A stretch of DNA of 64,000 bases from Acidimicrobiia bacterium (GTDB lineage Bacteria; Actinomycetota; Acidimicrobiia; Spongiisociales; ZC4RG35), in contig JBGTCK010000058.1 in the NCBI GenBank assembly GCA_041748855.1, forward strand, positions 22,758-86,757, written 5' to 3'. The translations under genes and the position numbers were made by a program. Of the stretch, positions 26,800 to 36,077 are shown piece after piece (within the stretch, counting starts at the first letter, position 1; each line of letters begins with the position of its first letter). The notes below the pieces were generated by a model. The model was not told the origin of the DNA and did not search any database. It worked only from the letters and a program-made list of their open reading frames with translations.

Positions 26800-27674
26800 G
26801 ACTGACCTCTCTGAGCCATGGACAGTGAGTTGGCGAGACCTCGCTCGACAAACACACCCACCACGTGGCGTTTGTATTCGGCGCTCCCCCTGTGATCGCC
26901 GGCGGGGTCGGATGCCGCGGCCGCGATGGCGCCCGCTTCCTTGAATAGTTCGTCGCCCGGCTGGTTGCCGACCAGCAGATCTTCGGCAGCGGTGACTTTC
27001 AAGTTGTAGGGGTAGACCGAGGTCAGGGCGATCCCGGCGCTAGCGACGGCACCGTCGTCGCCGAGCTCGAGAGAGGTGGCGACGCCGACCGTCGCGTAGT
27101 CGCCAATCTTGCGCTCCAGCTTCTGGTAGTCGCCTCCGCTGCGGGCCGAGTGCTTGTTGACCCGGACTTCGGTCACCAGCTCATTGGGCTGACACGATGT
27201 CGAGAACATGTCGACGAGGAACTCTGCTATCGGCACGACTCGTTCGCCGTCACTGCTGGAGAGCACAAGCTCGGCTCCCGTGGCCAGCATTACCGATGCC
27301 CAGTCACCTTCCGGATCGTGGTGGGCGAGGGAGCCGCATACCGTGCCCAGATTGCGCACGATGGGATCGGCGATCCACGGTGCGGCGGCAGCGACCGTGT
27401 GATTCGACTTGGTGGCGAGGTCTGATTTCACCACGTCGTTGTGTCTGACCAGGGCACCGAAAGTCAGATGTCCGTTGGACTCCCCGATCGTGTCCAAGCC
27501 GGGCAGTCGGTTGATGTCCATCAGGGTCGTCGGGTTGGCGAGCCGGAGCTTCATCATCGGGATCAGACTCTGGCCTCCGGCGAGAACTTTGACCTCGTCG
27601 CCACGTTCGGCAAGCACGGAAAGTGCCTCATCGAGTGTCGTCGGGGCCAGGTATTCGAACTGATTCGGATACAT
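26796..27674 (-). CDS. coxM: CO dehydrogenase medium (FAD-binding) subunit
   Basis: 292 aa with the AGGQSLIPMMKLR motif. The stop overlaps the coxS start. The RBS is GAGGAGG. Confidence 0.92.
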   Translation of the reverse strand: MYPNQFEYLAPTTLDEALSVLAERGDEVKVLAGGQSLIPMMKLRLANPTTLMDINRLPGLDTIGESNGHLTFGALVRHNDVVKSDLATKSNHTVAAAAPWIADPIVRNLGTVCGSLAHHDPEGDWASVMLATGAELVLSSSDGERVVPIAEFLVDMFSTSCQPNELVTEVRVNKHSARSGGDYQKLERKIGDYATVGVATSLELGDDGAVASAGIALTSVYPYNLKVTAAEDLLVGNQPGDELFKEAGAIAAAASDPAGDHRGSAEYKRHVVGVFVERGLANSLSMAQRGQS

Positions 27675-27794
27675 TGGGCCTCCTCTAGGCGGTCCCGGGA
27701 AATCCGGGATCCACTCTGGAAACTTACTCAGCCCGACCGGCCCGCGTCGCCCAGAAGGTGAAACTTCAACTGAACTCTTCCTGACAAAGCTCGC

Positions 27795-28313
27795 TCAGGT
27801 CGCTCGAACCGCTTCGGTCCAGAACAGGATCCGGGGCTGGCCGTCGTCTTTGAGATAGTTGCGCTCGAAGGCGTGCAGCCGCCTCGCGACCGCCATCGAC
27901 GGGACATTCGCCGGATGAACAGTCGAACACACCATCGGCGCCTCGAGTGTGTCTAATGCGTAATCGAGACAGGCTTGTCCCGCCTCGGTGACAAAGCCCT
28001 CGCCACGATGCTCGGCGCGCAGGTGATAACCGAGTTCGAGCAGCCGATCCCCTTCAACTGGCTGGTAGGTGAGGCCACAATCCCCGAGGAACTCTCCGCT
28101 CGTTACGTGTTCGATCACCCACAGCCCGAAGCCGTGGTCCCGGTAATTTCTCTTGCTCCACTCGATCCAGCCGCGACAGGCCTCAGGAGTGTCCATCTCC
28201 GGATAAAACCGGCGGGCCTGCGGGTCGCTGAACATGGCGACGACATCATCGAGATCGTCATCGCGATACTCCCTGAACCTGAGCCTTTCCGTCGATGGAG
28301 GCAATGAGGTCAT
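27795..28313 (-). CDS. GNAT N-acetyltransferase (RimJ/RimL-like)
   Basis: 172 aa: ...LRFREYRDDDLDDVVAMFSD...LGYHLRAEHRGEGFVTEAGQACLDYA. The start overlaps the upstream stop. Confidence 0.8.
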   Translation of the reverse strand: MTSLPPSTERLRFREYRDDDLDDVVAMFSDPQARRFYPEMDTPEACRGWIEWSKRNYRDHGFGLWVIEHVTSGEFLGDCGLTYQPVEGDRLLELGYHLRAEHRGEGFVTEAGQACLDYALDTLEAPMVCSTVHPANVPSMAVARRLHAFERNYLKDDGQPRILFWTEAVRAT

Positions 28314-29500
28314 CGAACGAAGGGGGCCAGGTCGCCGTTGGGGAAGACCTCGACTTCATCCATATCGAGCCACGACGCGATTCTCTCCAACTCCTTCATT
28401 AGTTCGGCACCAACATGAGCCTGATCTATCCCGCTTTCGCCAAACGAGCCTTTCACCAGCAGTCGACGCGACTTGCGATCGGTCTTCAGGTCGACCCGAG
28501 CGACCAGCTGGCCGTCGAGCAGGAACGGGAGCACGTAATAGCCGTGGACTCGCTTCGCCGCCGGTACGTAGATCTCGATCCGGTAGTAGAAGTCCCAGAG
28601 CCTCTCGGTCCGATCCCGGAACCAGATGAGACTGTCGAAAGGGGAAAGCAGGGCCGTGCCGCGAGCTTTCCTCGGCAACCTGGCCTCGGAGTGGAGGTAG
28701 GCAGTTCGGTCCCACCCTCTCACCACGACCTCTTCGAGCTGGCCCTGCTTGGCCAGGTCCGCGATGGCAGCCCTCCCCGCTTTGACCCCGTTGCGGCGCT
28801 GGTTGAGCCGGGGATAGTCGATGAGGTCCTGGATAGTGGCCACGCCCAGGTGGCGAGCTGCGTTGATAATCAGCTGCGGAATTGCCTCCTCCTCGCTGAG
28901 CTCGGGTGGCCCGAGGTATTCGGCGTCGATGACCCGCTCGGTCAAGTCGTACATCCTGGTGAAGTTGGGTCGTTCGGCGGTGGTCACAATGCCCTGGGCG
29001 AACAGGGCCTCGAGTGCGATCTTGCCCCGAGACCAGCCCCACATTTCGTTGCCATCGCGATCTCCCGGGTCTTTGAGATCGGAGGTCTTCACCGGCCCGA
29101 AGGTCCTCACCTGCTCGAGGACCTCTTCGAGGTACTCCGGTTGGTTCTCGTGGATCTCGATGAACTTCTCCCAGCGCAGCTCCCGCTTCATCAGCCAGCG
29201 CCATAGTCGATGGTCCTCAACGGGGAGGAGGGATGCCTCGTGGCCCCAGTATTCGAACATCTCCCCCGACCCCCAGAGGTAACGGTCGAGTGCATCCCGG
29301 TCGTAAGGGCCGAGGCGGGAGAAGAAGGGCATGTAGTGGGTGCGGCTGAACACGTTCACCGAATCGAGCTGGACGATCCCCACTTGTTTGATCACCTTCC
29401 GGAAGTGTCTGACATCGATATTCCCGGACGAGCGTGAGTCGTTGAAACCCTGGGCGGCAAGCGCAAATCTCCTCGCCTGATCGATGGTCAGCTGCCGCAT
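28310..29500 (-). CDS. Winged-helix YcaQ/AlkZ-like protein (putative crosslink-repair DNA glycosylase family)
   Basis: 396 aa. The N-terminus MRQLTIDQARRFALAAQGF and the overall length are typical of this family. The call is by eye. Confidence 0.7.
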   Translation of the reverse strand: MRQLTIDQARRFALAAQGFNDSRSSGNIDVRHFRKVIKQVGIVQLDSVNVFSRTHYMPFFSRLGPYDRDALDRYLWGSGEMFEYWGHEASLLPVEDHRLWRWLMKRELRWEKFIEIHENQPEYLEEVLEQVRTFGPVKTSDLKDPGDRDGNEMWGWSRGKIALEALFAQGIVTTAERPNFTRMYDLTERVIDAEYLGPPELSEEEAIPQLIINAARHLGVATIQDLIDYPRLNQRRNGVKAGRAAIADLAKQGQLEEVVVRGWDRTAYLHSEARLPRKARGTALLSPFDSLIWFRDRTERLWDFYYRIEIYVPAAKRVHGYYVLPFLLDGQLVARVDLKTDRKSRRLLVKGSFGESGIDQAHVGAELMKELERIASWLDMDEVEVFPNGDLAPFVR

Positions 29501-29628
29501 AGGAACTGGAAGTTAGGTCGGATCGAGGACACATGCTGTCCGTTAATCGCATGCCGGAGCTTTCATCGTGTCAAGTCCGAAGACCATCTGCGGTGTGTGG
29601 CGGTCTAGACGTGCCATCATCCCCAACT

Positions 29629-30930
29629 GTGATCGAGCGGTACACCCTGGCCGAGATGGGCGACATCTGGGATGAGCAGCGAAAGCTGGAGGTCTGGAAA
29701 GACGTCGAGGTCCTCGCCCTGGAAGCATGGAACCGTCTGGGCAAAGTGCCCCACGGGGTCGCCACAGCTGCGCGCGAGGCTGCCTGTCCCACGCCAAGGG
29801 AGGTGGCCGAGCGCGAAGCGGTCACCAACCACGACCTCGCCGCTTTTGTCGATCTCCTCGGATCCAACGCCGGTGGCGACGCTGCCGGATGGGTCCACTA
29901 CGGCCTGACCTCGTCGGACGTCCTCGACACCGCCGGAGGCGTCCAACTCAAGGAGGCCAGTGCAGTTCTCCTGGCACGTATCGCTGGACTGTTCGAAGTG
30001 GTGAAGGCAAAAGCCCGGGAGCACGGATCGACCTACATGATCGGGCGCACCCACGGAATCTGGGCGGAGCCGACTTCTTTCGGACTGAAGCTGGCGGGAT
30101 GGGCCTTCGAACTGGAGCGTGACTTCCGACGAATGGAAGCTGCAGCTGAGTCGGTGGCTGTAGGCAAGATCTCGGGTGCGGTCGGCACCTATGCCCAGGT
30201 CCCACCTGAAGTTGAGGCACACGTGTGTGAGCAACTTGGCCTCGCCATCGAGCCGGCATCGACCCAGGTCACGGCCCGGGACCGCCATGCCCACTGGCTG
30301 CAGACCATCGCCCTGGTAGGCGCCTCGATCGAGCGAATGGCAACCGAGATCCGTCATCTCCAGCGATCCGAACTGGGTGAGGTGCAGGAAGCCTTCGGGA
30401 AAGGCCAGAAGGGCTCTTCGGCGATGCCCCACAAACGGAACCCGATTCTCTCCGAGCGGATGACGGGGATGGCCCGGTTGCTGCGCGGTTATGCCCAGGT
30501 GGGCCTGGAGAACGTGGCGCTCTGGCATGAGCGTGACATCAGCCACTCCTCGGCGGAACGGGTGGTGCTACCGGACGCCTCGATCGCCCTCCACTACATG
30601 CTGGTCAAGTTCACCGGCTTGGTCGAAGGCCTGGTCGTCGACGGCGAGCGGATGGCCTCCAACCTCGAAGGCACCCGTGGCCTGGTCTTCAGCCAGCCGG
30701 TCCTTTTGGCCCTGGTCGAGGCGGGGTTGACCCGTGACGAGGCCTACCGGATCGTGCAACGCAACGCAATGGCTGCGTGGGACGGCGAAGGCCATCTCCG
30801 GGACCTCCTGACCGCCGACCCCGAAGTCACCGTCGACGACGCCACCCTCGACGCCTGCTTCGACCTCACCCGGGTCCACGACTCCACCCGGATCGTCTTC
30901 CAGAGGCTGGAGAAGCTCACTCTGGATTGA
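29629..30930 (+). CDS. purB: Adenylosuccinate lyase
   Basis: The start is taken at the GTG giving (M)IERYTLAEMGDIW (the ORF track starts at 29533). The fumarate-lyase signature GSSAMPHKRNP is present. Confidence 0.93.
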   Translation: MIERYTLAEMGDIWDEQRKLEVWKDVEVLALEAWNRLGKVPHGVATAAREAACPTPREVAEREAVTNHDLAAFVDLLGSNAGGDAAGWVHYGLTSSDVLDTAGGVQLKEASAVLLARIAGLFEVVKAKAREHGSTYMIGRTHGIWAEPTSFGLKLAGWAFELERDFRRMEAAAESVAVGKISGAVGTYAQVPPEVEAHVCEQLGLAIEPASTQVTARDRHAHWLQTIALVGASIERMATEIRHLQRSELGEVQEAFGKGQKGSSAMPHKRNPILSERMTGMARLLRGYAQVGLENVALWHERDISHSSAERVVLPDASIALHYMLVKFTGLVEGLVVDGERMASNLEGTRGLVFSQPVLLALVEAGLTRDEAYRIVQRNAMAAWDGEGHLRDLLTADPEVTVDDATLDACFDLTRVHDSTRIVFQRLEKLTLD

Positions 30931-30947
30931 GCTGGAGGTCCCCAAAC

Positions 30948-30998
30948 CGTTCTGTGTCGCGAAAGGTCCGGATAGGGTACCAAAACCGACACAGAACG
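30948..30998 (-). repeat. REP-like palindromic element, copy B1
   Basis: The sequence is CGTTCTGTGTCGC...TCCGGATAGGG...CCGACACAGAACG, lying 18 nt after the purB stop. Confidence 0.75.
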
Positions 30999-31035
30999 AT
31001 CCAGATGGTCGTCGGGACGGACCTACGCTGTCGGA

Positions 31036-31917
31036 GTGGGCCACTATCCGCCATTCCCTCCAAGCCTCCGATGGGTGTTCATCGGCCTCCGGATCTTCAG
31101 CACCCTCCTGCTGGCCGGCGTGGCGTGGATAGGGCTCGGCCTGGTGGAGGACGGAGAGACCCTTGCCGCACTCAGGTATATGGCCGGCGCCGCCTCGTTC
31201 TCGGTGGCGACATGGGTGAGTCCGTACTCGATTGCCTTCCTGGTATTCCTCGGACTGCCGATTTTGGTTCTCCCGGTATCGCCCGGCTCCAGTGTCATCT
31301 TCACGGTCATCGTTGTGGTCGCTTTCGGCTGGCTGCTCTGGAGCACGAGACGACCGCTCAAACTCGATTCTGAGACGATTGTTCGAGCCGCAGATGACGC
31401 AGTGATGCCTCATGCGGTTCCTTTCGTGAATGAGTTCTCGTCCATAGGTTGGGGACAGGTGGGTGCGGTATCGATCTTGCTGAGGCGGGTGAACGTGATC
31501 AGCTCGCTGCTCCTTTCCCCGGACAGAACCAGGTGTGCTCAGGTAACAGACGTCGTCATCGCGATCACAAGTAAATTCAGCGGAGGGCGAACGCTGGTGA
31601 CCAGGAACTCAGGAGGCACGGCTCTACCGACATGGAGCCTTGCGAACGATCTGCAAGGGGAGAAGCCGATGGCGCTGGTGGACGCACACGACGAGGCGCT
31701 ACGGACCCTCGCGGACAGGGGCTTCAGGCCACGCCCATTCGATCTGGATGATGTCGTCGACTTCTTCCTCACCGAAGAGAAACACCACATCGCGTATGCG
31801 GTGGATATGGAGACCCGGCCGCAACCCAGCCTCAAGGATTCAGGGCCGATCGACGGTTCCGATGTCTCCGCCCAACGAATCCGGGAGTGGAAGATGGCAA
31901 AAGGCCCAACCGACTAA
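31036..31917 (+). CDS. Hypothetical membrane protein, no family recognised
   Basis: 293 aa. It has 3-4 N-terminal TM helices and then a ~190-aa soluble region. The start is uncertain. Confidence 0.5.
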   Translation: MGHYPPFPPSLRWVFIGLRIFSTLLLAGVAWIGLGLVEDGETLAALRYMAGAASFSVATWVSPYSIAFLVFLGLPILVLPVSPGSSVIFTVIVVVAFGWLLWSTRRPLKLDSETIVRAADDAVMPHAVPFVNEFSSIGWGQVGAVSILLRRVNVISSLLLSPDRTRCAQVTDVVIAITSKFSGGRTLVTRNSGGTALPTWSLANDLQGEKPMALVDAHDEALRTLADRGFRPRPFDLDDVVDFFLTEEKHHIAYAVDMETRPQPSLKDSGPIDGSDVSAQRIREWKMAKGPTD

Positions 31918-32079
31918 CGGCGACGGTTCTGTGAGGGTTTGTGCACACTCGGTATCGGTAGACCGTAAGAGCGATTCCAGACCGTACTCGCGCCGGCCGC
32001 TGAGCGAACACGCATCGAAATCTCGATGACCGGTCGGTAACGTGCACCCGAGCCACAGCCCGGTAGGACGGTTCCTCAC

Positions 32080-33309
32080 ATGGCAAGCAAGCTTGGAAAG
32101 GACTTCGACAAGCTCTCGCTTGCCGCCGGAATCTCCAACCTCGGTGACGGCGTCTTTGGTGCTGCCTTTCCTCTCCTTGTTGCATCGATCACCCGGGATC
32201 CGGTACTCGTCGCCGGTGCGACTATGGCTTCGCGTCTCCCCTGGCTGCTCTTCGCCTTGATATCGGGTGCTCTCGTCGATCGCATGGACCGCAAGCGTGT
32301 CATGGTGGTCACGAACGTCCTCCGCACGGTGGGAGTGGGCCTTCTTTCGATCTCAGTGGCGACCGACCAGGTCAACCTCCCCTTCATATATCTCATCGCA
32401 TTCGGTCTGGGTCTGAGCGAGACCTTCTTCGACACCTCGGCCGAAGCGATGACACCACGCACGGTGAGCGAGCCCCAACTCTCCGCTGCAAACGGTCGAC
32501 TGCAGGGACTGGAATGGGCCGGCAACGCCTTCGTCGGACCGCCACTGGGCGCCTTCATGTTCGCAGCTGTCGCTGCCGCCCCCTTCTTCTTCGACGCCGC
32601 CACTTTCGCCGTCTCCGCACTCTTCATCGCCCTCATCCCGGGAACTTTCCGCAGTGAGCGGACCGAGATCACATCGGTTCGGGCCGACGTCACGGATGGT
32701 CTTCGCTGGCTGTGGAATCAACGCGTGGTGAGGACCCTGGCGATCATGGCAGGCATCACCAACCTCTTCAGCATGGGAATCGTGGCAATTTTCGTGCTCT
32801 TCGCCCAGGACATACTCGGCGTTTCCGAGGCGGGATACGGCATATTGCTGGCAAGCCTGGGAGTGGGGGGCTTGGCCGGTGTAGTTCTCACCCCGCGGGT
32901 GGTGACAGCGCTTGGATCAGGGAACACGATTCGCTCCTCATTGATCGTTCAGATCTTTGTGACCCTGGCCTTTGCTTTCACGACGAATGCTCTTGTCGCC
33001 GGTTTCCTAATGGCCCTTTACGGGTTCACCATCACCGCATGGAACGTCGTTGCGGTCACGCTGCGCCAAAGCCTCACGCCCGACGAAAAGCGGGGGCGTG
33101 TCGCAGGGGCGTCGCGCCTTTTGGCTTGGGGATCACAACCCTTGGGTGCCCTCCTCGGGGGTGTCACCGCGGCGGCCTTCGGTCTGCGGAGCCCGTTCTG
33201 GATCGCCTCGGCAGCTTTTACCATCGCCACCGTGGTCGTCTGGGACATCATCTCGAACAGGTCGATCGACCAAGCGCGAAGTGCCCCGAGAGCCGGAGCC
33301 ACCCCCTGA
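32080..33309 (+). CDS. MFS transporter
   Basis: 409 aa with about 12 hydrophobic helices. The N-terminal ...GISNLGDGVFGAAFPLLV... and DRMDRKRVM loop are typical of MFS_3/EntS-like exporters. Confidence 0.85.
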   Translation: MASKLGKDFDKLSLAAGISNLGDGVFGAAFPLLVASITRDPVLVAGATMASRLPWLLFALISGALVDRMDRKRVMVVTNVLRTVGVGLLSISVATDQVNLPFIYLIAFGLGLSETFFDTSAEAMTPRTVSEPQLSAANGRLQGLEWAGNAFVGPPLGAFMFAAVAAAPFFFDAATFAVSALFIALIPGTFRSERTEITSVRADVTDGLRWLWNQRVVRTLAIMAGITNLFSMGIVAIFVLFAQDILGVSEAGYGILLASLGVGGLAGVVLTPRVVTALGSGNTIRSSLIVQIFVTLAFAFTTNALVAGFLMALYGFTITAWNVVAVTLRQSLTPDEKRGRVAGASRLLAWGSQPLGALLGGVTAAAFGLRSPFWIASAAFTIATVVVWDIISNRSIDQARSAPRAGATP

Positions 33310-33327
33310 CGAAGCGTCCCCACCACC

Positions 33328-33378
33328 GCTTCTGTGTCGCAAAAGGTCCGCATACCGAACCAAAACCGACACAGACCG
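33328..33378 (-). repeat. REP-like palindromic element, copy C1
   Basis: The sequence is GCTTCTGTGTCGCAAAAGGTCCGCATACCGAACCAAAACCGACACAGACCG. Confidence 0.8.
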
Positions 33379-33398
33379 ATTTGGGCGCAACCCGCTAA

Positions 33399-33450
33399 CG
33401 CTTCTGTGTCGCAAAAGGTCCGCATACCGAACCAAAACCGACACAGAACG
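33399..33450 (-). repeat. REP-like palindromic element, copy C2
   Basis: Nearly identical to C1; I see one mismatch in the 3' arm. It ends 4 nt before the LCP gene stop. Confidence 0.8.
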
Positions 33451-33453
33451 GCT

Positions 33454-34554
33454 CTAAGGGAGATAGCTGGCGAAGGGTCTGGTGGGAAGGAGCACCTGGG
33501 CACCGCCGGGGGTGCGGTAGTTTCTGACTCCGATCGAGAAGCGGGTAACCGAATCCTTGGAGATCCCGCGATACTTCCAGGCGGTAGACACAGCCGAGGA
33601 GAACGACCACGACGAGTCGAGCCGGACCGACCCGGTGACCGCCGAGAGGGTATTGACCAGGGTGGTGGGACTGTTGAACCCTGCAGCCTTACCGGCCAGT
33701 TGGAAGAGCACATCCTGCTGGCGGGTCTGCCTGCCGAAGTCGGATCCTCCCACCGAGACCCAGTCCTCGCCTCGCAACTCCTGGCCTTGACGGGAACGCA
33801 CCCATGCCAGGGCCGTCGTTCCGTTGGCTGCCTGACATCCGGGCTCCTCGATGAGCAGGTGCGACTTCAAGTCCCGGGTCGGATAGTCGACACAGACTGT
33901 CACCCCGCCGAGGGCGTCGACGACCTTGGCGAAACCGGAGAAGTCGATTCGGGCGAGATGGTCGATGGGAATCCCGGTGTAGTCCTCGACGAGTATCGCC
34001 ATCATCTCGGGGCCCGAAGCGAAACCCGAACACCCGCCCAGCCCGGCATTCAGTCTGGTAAAGGTTTCTCTGCAGACGTTCCAGACGTAGAGGTCACGAG
34101 GAAGGCTGACCATGATCGGCCTCCCCCCGCCCGCAGGCTGGAGGGCAAGGATGATTGCGTCGGCGCGAGCTCCGGAAGCATCCGTGCCGAGGAGCAGGTA
34201 GGCCTCGTACGCCTCGTCGGGTATCGGCTCACCGAAGGAGTAGGGGGAAAACTCGCGAGGATCAAAAGGCCTGGTGATGTCATAAACAGCCGCCAGCTCC
34301 TCCTGGAAGCCCACCATGTCGAGGGCCTCTAGGTCGATGTCGGTCGGTTCGACAAAGACGATGTTGCGCTCGTCGGCGTTCTCGTTCCCGATGTCGTCGC
34401 GAGCGCCATCGGGGTCGAAGTCCTCGCTGGCGATGGCGGTGAAGGCTGTGCTCACCTGGTACGCGTAGAAGCACGCCACGCCAAGCAGGACCCCGGCAAT
34501 GACGGCGAAAGCCACCCGGACCGGGTGGAAGACGACGTATTTGACTACAGCCAA
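33454..34554 (-). CDS. LCP (LytR-CpsA-Psr) family protein
   Basis: 366 aa. It has an N-terminal TM helix and the motifs LLLGTDASGARADAIILA and SLPRDLYV. Confidence 0.8.
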   Translation of the reverse strand: MAVVKYVVFHPVRVAFAVIAGVLLGVACFYAYQVSTAFTAIASEDFDPDGARDDIGNENADERNIVFVEPTDIDLEALDMVGFQEELAAVYDITRPFDPREFSPYSFGEPIPDEAYEAYLLLGTDASGARADAIILALQPAGGGRPIMVSLPRDLYVWNVCRETFTRLNAGLGGCSGFASGPEMMAILVEDYTGIPIDHLARIDFSGFAKVVDALGGVTVCVDYPTRDLKSHLLIEEPGCQAANGTTALAWVRSRQGQELRGEDWVSVGGSDFGRQTRQQDVLFQLAGKAAGFNSPTTLVNTLSAVTGSVRLDSSWSFSSAVSTAWKYRGISKDSVTRFSIGVRNYRTPGGAQVLLPTRPFASYLP

Positions 34555-34581
34555 CGCCCTGAGACTAGAACGCCGACACTG

Positions 34582-34986
34582 TCATTCCGGGGAGATGTGA
34601 ACCGTCCCTGTGAACAACCCCGCCACCCTTCCGTCGTCGCGGACCACTGTGACGTGGTAGGTGCCCAGGGTCCGGCCACGCGACAATTCGGTGGCCGTTG
34701 CAGTCAGGCGGTTGCCGGTGCGTGCCGCCGCGGTGAACACCATGTGGGTGTCGATTGCAACCGCGACCGGCCCCGCTGAGTTCGATGCCAGGGAAAAGGC
34801 GCAGTCGGCCAGAGAGAAGACCATCCCACCGTGCCCACCGCCGAGGAAGTTGAGATGGCGGTCTTCTACGACGAGGGCGACGACCAACTCCTCCTCACTG
34901 ACCGAGACCAGCTCGACGCCAAGCGCGCTGGCATAGGTGTCGGCGGCGAACAGTTCGGTAATGCGACCCGGGTTGAAACCTGACAT
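34582..34986 (-). CDS. PaaI-family hot-dog thioesterase
   Basis: The ORF is trimmed to MSGFNPGRITELF... (134 aa). The motif GGGHGGMVFSLADCAFS is present. Confidence 0.8.
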   Translation of the reverse strand: MSGFNPGRITELFAADTYASALGVELVSVSEEELVVALVVEDRHLNFLGGGHGGMVFSLADCAFSLASNSAGPVAVAIDTHMVFTAAARTGNRLTATATELSRGRTLGTYHVTVVRDDGRVAGLFTGTVHISPE

Positions 34987-35026
34987 CGGGCAGCACGGTA
35001 GTTCCTGGAAGCCTGAATTCGCATCG

Positions 35027-35947
35027 ATGCCAGAAGTCGCCGCGCGGGTGTTAGCCTCCCGACACGTGCTGCCACTTTCACACGTCGCCTCCGGCAAGGT
35101 GAGGGAAATCTACGAGATCGACCCTGACCACCTTCTTTTTGTCGCAACCGATCGCATCTCCGCATATGACGTGATCCTCCCCCAACTGATTCCCGACAAG
35201 GGCCGGGTGCTCACCGGGCTCAGCCTCCACTTCTTCGACCTCCTCGACGCCCCCAACCACCTGGTGTCGACAGACCTCTCCTCTATCGAAGCCCTGGACG
35301 ATGCCCAGCGGGAGGAACTCGACGGACGGTCAATGATCGTCCGCCGCGCCGAGGTGATTCCTGTCGAGTGCGTCGTGCGCGGCTATCTCTACGGATCGTC
35401 GTGGCGCGAATACCGCGACGGAGGTGGGCCTACGACCGAGCATCTACCCCAGGGCCTGAAGCTCGCCGACAAGCTGGACGAACCGATATTCACCCCCGCC
35501 ACCAAGGCGGCCAGTGGCCACGACGAGAACATCACCGAAGCTCAGACCAGGGAGATGCTCGGCAACGACCTCTATGAGGAGCTGCGCCAGCGATCGATCG
35601 ACATCTACACCAGGGCCACCGAATACGCCGCTGAGAAGGGCGTAATCCTCGCCGACACCAAGTTCGAGTTCGGCTTTGCGGGTGACGAACTACTCCTCAT
35701 CGACGAGGTGCTCACCCCCGATTCCTCCCGCTATTGGCCCGTCGATGAATGGGAGCCCGGCAACGACGTCCCCAGCTTCGACAAGCAGTACGTGCGGGAG
35801 TGGCTCGAACAGCAGCCCTGGGACAAGAACCCGCCGGCACCCGACCTTCCCGACGATGTGGTTGAGGGGACCAGGGTGCGGTATGTCGAGGCCTACGAGA
35901 AGATCACCGGCAAGAGCTTCGACGATTATCTCGCGGGAACAGTCTGA
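35027..35947 (+). CDS. purC: SAICAR synthase
   Basis: The start is taken at MPEVAARV... (the ORF track starts at 34937). The motifs are HVASGKVREIY and ATDRISAYD. Confidence 0.93.
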   Translation: MPEVAARVLASRHVLPLSHVASGKVREIYEIDPDHLLFVATDRISAYDVILPQLIPDKGRVLTGLSLHFFDLLDAPNHLVSTDLSSIEALDDAQREELDGRSMIVRRAEVIPVECVVRGYLYGSSWREYRDGGGPTTEHLPQGLKLADKLDEPIFTPATKAASGHDENITEAQTREMLGNDLYEELRQRSIDIYTRATEYAAEKGVILADTKFEFGFAGDELLLIDEVLTPDSSRYWPVDEWEPGNDVPSFDKQYVREWLEQQPWDKNPPAPDLPDDVVEGTRVRYVEAYEKITGKSFDDYLAGTV

Positions 35948-36077
35948 GAGTGGGTAGTTCGGGCCGCGCCAGCGTAGCGTGGGTGAGATCGGCCCCCCCT
36001 CCCCCTCGCTTCGCTCGGGTACTCCCCCCGTTCGGCTCCGCCTCCGGGGGGAGAGTTCGTGGTGCTTGGGGGAGGAT

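Noticed and set aside
27753-27775. Possible third copy of the TTCAGAG-N4-TTTAGRG box upstream of coxM (the minus strand reads GTTCAGTTGAAGTTTCACCTTCT).
   Set aside because: Only about 14 of 23 positions match, the second heptamer is not conserved, and no TANNNT hexamer lies at the +8 spacing.
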